Shown: piece by piece, positions 17,508 to 24,975 of the stretch
Numbering within the stretch: position 1 is the stretch's first letter
Layout: the number at the start of each line of letters is the position of its first letter
Assembly (NCBI RefSeq): GCF_000354175.2
Contig: NC_022349.1
Location: 3,180,001 to 3,212,000, forward strand
Source of the DNA: Vibrio alginolyticus NBRC 15630 = ATCC 17749
Lineage (GTDB): Bacteria; Pseudomonadota; Gammaproteobacteria; Enterobacterales; Vibrionaceae
Length of the DNA stretch: 32,000 nt
Reading direction: 5' to 3'
The notes under the pieces: model-generated
Database searches by the model: none
What the model saw: only the letters and a program-made list of their open reading frames with translations
Told to the model about the DNA's origin: nothing
Translations under genes and position numbers: made by a program

Positions 17508-17977
17508 AAAGAGCCTTAAATCAATAACTTAATGTGTTTTGTGAAGCTCACAATCCGTTGTATGCTAATCGTTACAATTTTGATTTTCTTAGTGACAAGA
17601 AAATGACGCTAAGATATTAAACGAAATTGATCAGAAATTAAAATAGTTATAGCATGTGCTTCACATGATGTTTATGAGTTTAAAATCAATAGTCTCTAAG
17701 TCTATGATTCTCATTTAAAATATTTAAATTTCTTATGTGTATTAAATGGATGGTAACAATTCATTATTGTAATCCTTTTTTCTGAAGTTAAATATTATTT
17801 AGGCCTTTGTTATTTATATGGGCTATAAATAAACTTATTCACATTCATCATCGTTCTATAAATATGAGACGCATAGGTCGATGCGTCAATTTTTTAACAA
17901 TGGAATTTATACTGAAAATGATAGTGGCGGGATTGCTGTTATCTCAGTTTAAGCTCCGTTACATTGTGAAAAATTCT
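17508..17977. promoter_or_regulatory. divergent bcsEFG / bcsRQABZC control region
   Basis: A 470-bp AT-rich non-coding spacer lies between divergently oriented operons. It contains the palindromes TTTTCTT-agtgac-AAGAAAA (17584-17603) and CATGTG-ctt-CACATG (17653-17667). Promoters are not mapped. Confidence 0.6.
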
Positions 17978-18175
17978 ATGACTGAGTCTGCAAAAGATAT
18001 TAATTCGATCTACTCTTCTTATAACTTAACTCAATACACGTATATTGAAACAACAGAAAACGAGTCTTACGTACAAGTTAAAAATAAGTGGCAAGTCTTC
18101 AAAGCCAACGGTGCTCGTAATGTTCTATCTTTGGTACGTAATACGCAGAAAAATTCAGAAACGGAAGCGATATGA
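17978..18175 (+). CDS. bcsR: BcsR-like small protein (YhjR/DUF2629 candidate)
   Basis: 65 aa counted from ATG 17978: MTESAKDINSIYSSYNLTQYTYIETTENESYVQVKNKWQVFKANGARNVLSLVRNTQKNSETEAI. Its stop overlaps the bcsQ ATG (ATGA). Size and position match 62-aa E. coli BcsR. The gapless similarity (DI..L...F/Y.L....Y.D/E....E........W) is weak. The start is uncertain, since the track ORF begins at 17807. Confidence 0.5.
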   Translation: MTESAKDINSIYSSYNLTQYTYIETTENESYVQVKNKWQVFKANGARNVLSLVRNTQKNSETEAI

Positions 18176-18951
18176 AGCGCCTTCTATTTGTTAGTTTAAA
18201 AGGCGGCTGTGGCTCAACGACCGTCGCTGCGAATTTGGCACAAGCGTTAGTTAAGATAAATAAACAGGTACTGGCCATTGAGGTGGTGCCTAATAGTTTA
18301 CTGCAAGCTCATCTTGGCTTGCCGAGGGAAGAGCAAGGAGGCTGGGCGAAACAACTTCTTTTAGATAAGCCTTGGACCCAGGCTGGTTATGAAAGCCCAC
18401 AAGGTGCACTTTTTTTACCGTTTGGCCATCTGAATTCTGAGCAGTTAAAAGCGTTTTTTAATGAGCGTTCTCACTATCTATCAATGCTAGGTGAAATGAC
18501 GTTGCAAGTGAGCGAAAACCGTGGTGAGCAGTGGCTGCTTTTTCACGCCGACTTAGCAGAGCTTACTGATCCTGAAGTGCGATCTTTTGTCGACTCAATG
18601 GATATGATTGTGGTGGTGGTAACGGCAGACGCCCTGAGTTATCTCACTCTTCAATCTTGGCTACAACATGAAGAGCTATCGAGATTGCTTCGCTCTGATA
18701 AATTACGTTTTTTGGTGAATAAATATCAGCCAGAAACCGAAATTGGTCGTGATTTCATGTTGGTGCTGAAAAAGGAACTTAGCGAATCCTTGATTCCTGT
18801 TTCGATTCATCGAGATACGGCATTGCTTGAATGTGTGGCAAACCTGACGACCGTTCAACACTATTCGCCATCGAGCCAAGCCGCAAAAGATTTTCAGTCT
18901 TTTGCTTTTTGGTGTGTATCAGCGTTATCAAGCGCTCAGGACCAAAGCTAA
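18172..18951 (+). CDS. bcsQ: cellulose synthase operon protein BcsQ (MinD/ParA-family ATPase, YhjQ)
   Basis: 259 aa. It has the deviant Walker A SLKGGCGSTTVAANLA, and later blocks (WLLFHADL, MIVVVVTADA, LVNKY, SIHRDTALLEC) are collinear with E. coli BcsQ. The gene is intact. Confidence 0.9.
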   Translation: MKRLLFVSLKGGCGSTTVAANLAQALVKINKQVLAIEVVPNSLLQAHLGLPREEQGGWAKQLLLDKPWTQAGYESPQGALFLPFGHLNSEQLKAFFNERSHYLSMLGEMTLQVSENRGEQWLLFHADLAELTDPEVRSFVDSMDMIVVVVTADALSYLTLQSWLQHEELSRLLRSDKLRFLVNKYQPETEIGRDFMLVLKKELSESLIPVSIHRDTALLECVANLTTVQHYSPSSQAAKDFQSFAFWCVSALSSAQDQS

Positions 18952-18954
18952 TTT

Positions 18955-21594
18955 ATGCGAAGTCTTAATCTGATTTTCCAACGTTGGGTAGTGGACCAAT
19001 TCAGACTGCAGAAGAACGCTTACGAGCAAGCCTGGAATTGTAAAACAAACTGGGTTGGTGAGTGTGCTTTGTCTTTTTGGTTTTCATTGAGTTTTGTATT
19101 TTTAAAGCCGGTTATTTCGGGTGTTCCCTCATGGAAACTGCCTTTGGTTTACTATCCAAACGTTAATTTTGCTGCGCCAAGATGGTTTGAACCTGTACGT
19201 TTTATTATCCAAAGCGTGTGGTTGCTTTGCTTCAGGCAAAACGTAAATGTAAATACAGCATGGTCCAAAAAAACCAGCAGCTTAGCGATGACTTTAGCCG
19301 AGCAAATTCGCAATGCGTTCTACTTGCCATTTGAATTGGTTGCAAAAGGCGTCCGCTGGTTAGAACAGACAGCGAACAACATCAAAGATCCACAAGTTCG
19401 AGAGCGTATTAAAGCAAGTAAGTCAGCGATGGCGTTGAACTACACCTTGTTGTTTTTCGTGGTGTTAATCGCTTTGCTTTGTTTTACGGTGCCATTTGGT
19501 TATCAGGCTCAGACTGTCTTTGTGCTGTTACTCTGGGCATTAGCGATGATGGTCCGTCGCATGCCGGGTCGTTTTCCTACCATGCTTTTGATCATCTTGT
19601 CGGTTACGGCCTCATGTCGATACTTGTGGTGGCGTTATTCGTCTACCCTGAACTGGGACGATCCTGTTGCTTTGTTTCTAGGGGGCGTTTTACTTCTAGC
19701 TGAGACGTATTCTTGGATTGTGCTGATGCTTGGCTATTTCCAAAATATCTGGCCATTGAATCGCAAACCAGTATCGATGCCACCGGATCAGTCAACTTGG
19801 CCAACCATTGACTTGATGATCCCTACTTACAACGAAGATCTCGATGTTGTGAAAGCGACGGTTTATGCCTCGTTAGGTGTCGATTGGCCGAAAGACAAAC
19901 TTAACATCCACATTCTGGATGACGGCAAGCGTGATAGCTTCCGAGATTTCGCCAAAAGTGTAGGGGTGAACTACATCCGCCGCCCAACGAATGAACATGC
20001 GAAAGCCGGTAACATTAACTATGCGTTGAAGCAGACCAGCGGTGAGTTTGTTGCGATTTTTGACTGTGACCATATTCCTACACGAGCATTTTTTCAGCTC
20101 ACAATGGGGATGTTCCTGAAAGATCCAAAGTTGGCGCTTATTCAGACGCCGCACCATTTTTTCTCACCGGATCCTTTTGAGCGTAACTTATCGAACTTTC
20201 GTAACGTGCCAAACGAAGGCAACTTGTTTTACGGCCTGATTCAAGATGGTAACGACTTATGGGATGCGACTTTCTTCTGTGGCTCGTGCGCTATTTTACG
20301 TCGAGAGCCTTTAGAGGAAGTCGGTGGTATTGCAGTCGAAACCGTGACGGAAGATGCGCACACGTCTCTGCGCATGCACCGTTTAGGCTATCGTTCTGCA
20401 TATCTTAAGCAGCCGATTTCTGCTGGTTTGGCGACAGAAACATTGTCTGCACACGTTGGGCAACGCATTCGTTGGGCTCGCGGGATGGCGCAGATATTTA
20501 GGGTCGATAATCCATTGACTGGAAAGGGGCTTAAGCTCTCTCAACGGCTTTGTTACGTCAATGCCATGCTGCACTTTCTATCTGGTATCCCGAGGATTGT
20601 ATTCCTGATCGCACCCTTGGCTTATTTGTTGCTGCATTCCTACGTGATTTATGCGCCAGCGCTGGCGATCATTTTGTACGTATTACCCCACATGATTCAC
20701 GCCAGCATGACCAACTCTCGTATGCAGGGTGACTACCGTTATTCGTTTTGGGGTGAGGTATACGAAACCGTGCTTGCTTGGTATATCGCAAGGCCAACAA
20801 CGGTGGCTTTGTTTGCGCCCCATAAAGGGACATTCAACGTAACGGCAAAAGGCGGTTTGGTTGAAAAGTCTCACTACGATTGGGTGATCTCTCGACCATA
20901 TTTGGTTTTGGTTGCACTCAACATTTTGGGCTTCGCTGTAGGGATTTACCGAATGGGGTGGGGGCCTCAAAATGAAATCGGTACAGTTATCGTGAATCTC
21001 GTATGGACGATGTACAACCTGTTGATTTTAGGTGCTGCCGTTGCGGTTGCAGTAGAAGCTAAACAAGTGCGAAAAGATCACCGAGTAGAGGTGGCGATTC
21101 CTGTCGCGGTTAGGCTTAATTCTGGGCATTTAATACAAGCGCAGATGAAGGATTTCTCTTTGGGGGGCGTGCGCATAGAAATTGACGGGGTCGATGAACC
21201 AACCTGTGCTTACTTACTCGGTCAAACCTTAGAAGTGATCCTCAATCGAGGTGGCCAAGAATTCGTGTTCCCTATGACGGTTGCCTATGCTCATAAGGGG
21301 ATATTTGGTTTACAACTCAACGAATTGTCTCATCAACAACAAATCCAATACGTCCAATGTACATTTGCACGTGCAGATACATGGGCGAAATGGCAACAAG
21401 GTTATCAATCAGATAAACCTCTATCGAGTATGCAGGCTGTACTGCAAGTCGGCTTTAATGGATACAAACGCTTGCTGCAACATTGTCCTAAGTTTGTTCA
21501 GGTCAGTGTGGATGCACTTTTATTTTGTATCGAATTTATTTGGTCACTAAGACCTCGTTATGTCCCAATCAGGACCTCAAGTCATGCTAAATAA
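18955..21594 (+). CDS. bcsA: cellulose synthase catalytic subunit BcsA (UDP-forming, c-di-GMP-activated)
   Basis: 879 aa. GT2 motifs are present: PTYNEDL, ILDDG, FDCDH, QTPHHF, FFCGSCAILRR, TEDAHT and QRIRW (20461-20475). The PilZ domain has RKDHR (21070-21084) and DFSLGG (21151-21168). The protein is near-collinear with E. coli BcsA (872 aa). Confidence 0.98.
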   Translation: MRSLNLIFQRWVVDQFRLQKNAYEQAWNCKTNWVGECALSFWFSLSFVFLKPVISGVPSWKLPLVYYPNVNFAAPRWFEPVRFIIQSVWLLCFRQNVNVNTAWSKKTSSLAMTLAEQIRNAFYLPFELVAKGVRWLEQTANNIKDPQVRERIKASKSAMALNYTLLFFVVLIALLCFTVPFGYQAQTVFVLLLWALAMMVRRMPGRFPTMLLIILSVTASCRYLWWRYSSTLNWDDPVALFLGGVLLLAETYSWIVLMLGYFQNIWPLNRKPVSMPPDQSTWPTIDLMIPTYNEDLDVVKATVYASLGVDWPKDKLNIHILDDGKRDSFRDFAKSVGVNYIRRPTNEHAKAGNINYALKQTSGEFVAIFDCDHIPTRAFFQLTMGMFLKDPKLALIQTPHHFFSPDPFERNLSNFRNVPNEGNLFYGLIQDGNDLWDATFFCGSCAILRREPLEEVGGIAVETVTEDAHTSLRMHRLGYRSAYLKQPISAGLATETLSAHVGQRIRWARGMAQIFRVDNPLTGKGLKLSQRLCYVNAMLHFLSGIPRIVFLIAPLAYLLLHSYVIYAPALAIILYVLPHMIHASMTNSRMQGDYRYSFWGEVYETVLAWYIARPTTVALFAPHKGTFNVTAKGGLVEKSHYDWVISRPYLVLVALNILGFAVGIYRMGWGPQNEIGTVIVNLVWTMYNLLILGAAVAVAVEAKQVRKDHRVEVAIPVAVRLNSGHLIQAQMKDFSLGGVRIEIDGVDEPTCAYLLGQTLEVILNRGGQEFVFPMTVAYAHKGIFGLQLNELSHQQQIQYVQCTFARADTWAKWQQGYQSDKPLSSMQAVLQVGFNGYKRLLQHCPKFVQVSVDALLFCIEFIWSLRPRYVPIRTSSHAK

Positions 21595-23869
21595 TAAAAA
21601 ACTAACAGCGTTGACAACGGCTATCACTCTCATGTGTATGTCGTGCAGTCTCGCGGCACAAGAAGTAAGTCAGCAACAAGCAATGCCTTTGGCACAGCAA
21701 GATGCTGAAGATTCGACCGTGTTTAAGCGCGTCATCCCATTTAGTCAATTAGGTTACAGTGGTTCAATTGCTATCCAAGGTAGTGAGGCCAGTGCTTATA
21801 TTGGTTTCGGTTCGCGACTCGATGAGGTGGTATCTAAAGCAACGTTGCACTTTGATATCACACCTTCGCCAGCGTTGCTCTCTTTGGTTTCTCACGTCAA
21901 AGTGTATTTGAACAACGAACTTATGGGAGTAGCGTCAATCGTCGATGGCCAGCAAGGCAAAAAGTTGAGCTTATCTATGCCGCTGGACACTCGTTACTTT
22001 AGTAATTACAACCAAATTCGCTTTGAGTTAATAGGGAATACTCAGAAAGACTGTGCTAACCCCAATGACTCGAGCATTTGGGCTGAGATTAGCCAAAGTA
22101 GTCGAATTGAGATGCTTGCTCAAAAGACAGTGCTGGAAAGTGACTTGAGTTTGTTACCGGCTCCTTTTTTTGATGTCCGTGATTTCAGCCAGTTAAATCT
22201 GCCTGTCGTGATGGGTAGCAAATACGATTTAGATGATGTCAAGGCTGCCGGTGTCTTGAGCTCTTACTTTGGTGCTCTTGCGGGTTGGCGTGGTGCTCAA
22301 TTCCCTTTTAGTGTCGACACGTTACCTAAGCGCAACGCCATTGTCTTTGTTACCAATGACAACAAACCTGAGTTTCTGAGAGATTTTCCAGACACGGATG
22401 GCCCTCGTCTTCAAGTCATCACTCATCCAACAGACCCGTACGTGAAGTTTCTTCTGGTGACAGGCCGTGACAGTAAGGATCTTAACATTGCGGTGCAAGG
22501 TTTGGCGTTGGGAAACCAACTTCTTACTGGACCAATCGCGAAGATTAATGAAGTCAAACAAATCAAACCACGAGTCCCGTACGATGCGCCAAACTGGGTG
22601 AGTACGGCTCGTCCTGTTGCATTGTCTGAGTTAGTCGAACAAAAAAGCATGCTGCAAGTGGAAGGCCGAACGCCTCCACCAATCAACGTAAGTTTGCGTT
22701 TACCACCCGATCTCTTTACTTGGCAAAGCCGTGGTATACCGATGGATCTTAACTATCGTTATTCACCGCCTGCTGCGGATCATTCCGGCTCTCGTCTGAC
22801 TTTGAGTATTAATGACCAATTCATTGAGGCGTTCAACCTAACCACAAAAGGTCAAGGTGGAGAATCTAACCGTATACGTGTTCCTTTGTTAGATGATGGC
22901 ATTCTAAGTGGTGATACGTTTGTTCGCATTCCGGCTTTTAAGGTGGGTAGTCAAAACCGAATCGAGTTCGAATTTGGCTTTGCTTCGGTGACCGATGGGC
23001 AGTGCCAGGTAACGCAGCCAAGTAAGCAATACGCGGTTATTGATGGTGATTCTACTATTGATTTTAGTGGTTTCCCCCACTACATCGAAATGCCAAATAT
23101 GCGCGCTTTTGCTACATCCGGTTTTCCTTACACTCGCATGGCTGATTTGTCAGAAACTGCTATTGTTGTTCCAGAGAGTGCTCCAAAAGAAGTGTTGCAA
23201 ACCTTCTTAAACGTCATGGGGTCATTGGGACGTGACTCTGGGTACCCAGGTATTCAGGTGCTTTTGACAGATAAATGGAATGCTGAGCAACTAAAAAATA
23301 AAGATATCCTGACGATTGGTGTTGTGGATGCATTAGAAGAAGCCGCTAATAATCCTGACCAAGTTAACTTAGTGGTTAAAGAGGGTCAGAGACAAATTCG
23401 CCTACCAAGCAAAAATGAAAAGCAGCTCGGAATGAACTGGATGAGTCCAAGTGATGCTCGTCAAGCCGCCGCAGATTATGTTTCTGTCGAGGCAGAAGGC
23501 TCTTTTGCTGCTATTTATGGTGCAGAATCGCCATTTACGAAAAAACGCAGCGTCATTTCTATTATGGCGGCTCACCCGTCAGATTTTTCGTCGGTTGATC
23601 GCGCGTTGGCTGACTCCGGTAAAGTGGAGCACATGTTTGGCTCGGTGGTGACGTTGAGAAATAACGAAGTAGCAAGCTACAACGTGGGTTCGCACTACTA
23701 TGTCGGTAAGCTTCCTGTGTGGCAGCTCGTTTGGTATCACTTCTCTAATCACCCAGTCATCGTTGCGTGCTTTGCCGCCTTGCTAGTGGTGATCGTAACC
23801 ATTGTGCTTTGGCGCGTATTACGTCAAGTCGCGTCTAGACGTTTAGAAAAAACTGAGGAAGAGGAATAA
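21584..23869 (+). CDS. bcsB: cellulose synthase regulatory/periplasmic subunit BcsB
   Basis: 761 aa counted from ATG 21584, with an AGGA SD 9 nt upstream and an 11-nt overlap with the bcsA end. It has signal peptide MLNNKKLTALTTAITLMCMSCSLAAQE and a C-terminal TM anchor VIVACFAALLVVIVTIVLW. The track start at 21560 has no SD. Confidence 0.93.
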   Translation: MLNNKKLTALTTAITLMCMSCSLAAQEVSQQQAMPLAQQDAEDSTVFKRVIPFSQLGYSGSIAIQGSEASAYIGFGSRLDEVVSKATLHFDITPSPALLSLVSHVKVYLNNELMGVASIVDGQQGKKLSLSMPLDTRYFSNYNQIRFELIGNTQKDCANPNDSSIWAEISQSSRIEMLAQKTVLESDLSLLPAPFFDVRDFSQLNLPVVMGSKYDLDDVKAAGVLSSYFGALAGWRGAQFPFSVDTLPKRNAIVFVTNDNKPEFLRDFPDTDGPRLQVITHPTDPYVKFLLVTGRDSKDLNIAVQGLALGNQLLTGPIAKINEVKQIKPRVPYDAPNWVSTARPVALSELVEQKSMLQVEGRTPPPINVSLRLPPDLFTWQSRGIPMDLNYRYSPPAADHSGSRLTLSINDQFIEAFNLTTKGQGGESNRIRVPLLDDGILSGDTFVRIPAFKVGSQNRIEFEFGFASVTDGQCQVTQPSKQYAVIDGDSTIDFSGFPHYIEMPNMRAFATSGFPYTRMADLSETAIVVPESAPKEVLQTFLNVMGSLGRDSGYPGIQVLLTDKWNAEQLKNKDILTIGVVDALEEAANNPDQVNLVVKEGQRQIRLPSKNEKQLGMNWMSPSDARQAAADYVSVEAEGSFAAIYGAESPFTKKRSVISIMAAHPSDFSSVDRALADSGKVEHMFGSVVTLRNNEVASYNVGSHYYVGKLPVWQLVWYHFSNHPVIVACFAALLVVIVTIVLWRVLRQVASRRLEKTEEEE

Positions 23870-24975
23870 TGAAAAAACTCATCTCGTTCCTTATGTTGTT
23901 CGTGTCTCCTTACTTGTGGGCTAACACCTGCGAGTGGCCACAATGGGAAACATTTAAGTCGGTATACATGGAGCAAGGCCGAGTCGTTGATGGCAGTGAC
24001 GAGCGTATGATTACAACCTCGGAAGGCCAATCTTACGCATTGTTCTTTGCCTTGGTTGCCAATGACCCTAAAACCTTCGATCAGGTTTTAAAATGGACTC
24101 AATCACATTTGGCTGGTGGGGATTTGACGGCAAGGCTTCCTGCTTGGTTGTGGGGAAGAAAAGAAAATGGTCAGTTCGGAGTCTTGGATTCTAACCCAGC
24201 GTCAGATTCTGATTTGTGGATAGCTTACTCCCTTGTTGAGGCGGGGAGATTATGGAATAACTACTACTATCAGACCCTTGGACATCTGATCGCGAGTCGT
24301 ATTTTACGTGAAGAAACCGTCAACATAGCGGGAGTTGGAACGGTATTGTTGCCAGCTCCAACGGGCTTTGATGCCGACGGCCAGTACCGTGTGAATCCGA
24401 GTTATGTTCCGTTACAACTGATTGCTCGTATGCAGTCGCTGTACCCGCAATACAACTGGGACTCAATGTATAAGGCAAGTGTTCACATGCTAGAGAAAAC
24501 GATGCCAGCAGGCTTTAGCCCAGACTGGGCAACATTGAGAAATGGTCGTTATAGCTCAGATGTGGTTACAGGGCCGATGGGCAGTTACAACGCGATCCGC
24601 ACTTATCTTTGGGCGGGTATGCTAAATGACCAAGTTTCAGAAAAAGCAGTATTAGTGCAAAAAATGCAGCCGTTTGTCGCGGCAACCAAAGCCGTTGGTG
24701 CGCCAGCGAGAGAAGTAAATACTGAAACGGGTAAATATACCCAAGCAGGAAGCGCAGGTTTTTCTGCTGCGGCTCTTCCGTTACTCGCGGCTTCTGGTGA
24801 ATCTGCGCTGTTGGAGACGCAGTTTCGTCGTGCTCAAAATGAACTTGTGGTGGACAAAAACGATCATTATTACGACAACGTATTAAGTCTATTTGGGCTT
24901 GGTTGGCATGAAGAACGTTACCGTTTTGGTGTGCAAGGTGAATTGCTTCCTGTACGGAGCGAGAGATGTCAGTAA
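23869..24975 (+). CDS. bcsZ: endo-1,4-beta-glucanase BcsZ (GH8)
   Basis: 368 aa, the same length as E. coli BcsZ. It has a signal peptide and the GH8 motifs TSEGQSYALFFALVAND and ASDSDLWIAYSLVEA. Its ATG overlaps the bcsB TAA (TAATG). Confidence 0.95.
   Translation: MKKLISFLMLFVSPYLWANTCEWPQWETFKSVYMEQGRVVDGSDERMITTSEGQSYALFFALVANDPKTFDQVLKWTQSHLAGGDLTARLPAWLWGRKENGQFGVLDSNPASDSDLWIAYSLVEAGRLWNNYYYQTLGHLIASRILREETVNIAGVGTVLLPAPTGFDADGQYRVNPSYVPLQLIARMQSLYPQYNWDSMYKASVHMLEKTMPAGFSPDWATLRNGRYSSDVVTGPMGSYNAIRTYLWAGMLNDQVSEKAVLVQKMQPFVAATKAVGAPAREVNTETGKYTQAGSAGFSAAALPLLAASGESALLETQFRRAQNELVVDKNDHYYDNVLSLFGLGWHEERYRFGVQGELLPVRSERCQ

Noticed and set aside
17807-17977. First 57 codons of the 122-aa ORF upstream of bcsQ
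   Set aside because: They lie in the AT-rich divergent promoter spacer, and none of the upstream ATGs has an SD. BcsR family proteins are about 60 aa. I kept this only as an alternative in the findings.
21560-21583. Track start codon for bcsB (MSQSGPQV...)
   Set aside because: There is no SD upstream. ATG 21584 has AGGA 9 nt upstream and gives a normal signal peptide (MLNNKKLTALTT...). The difference is 8 codons, and the choice is not certain.
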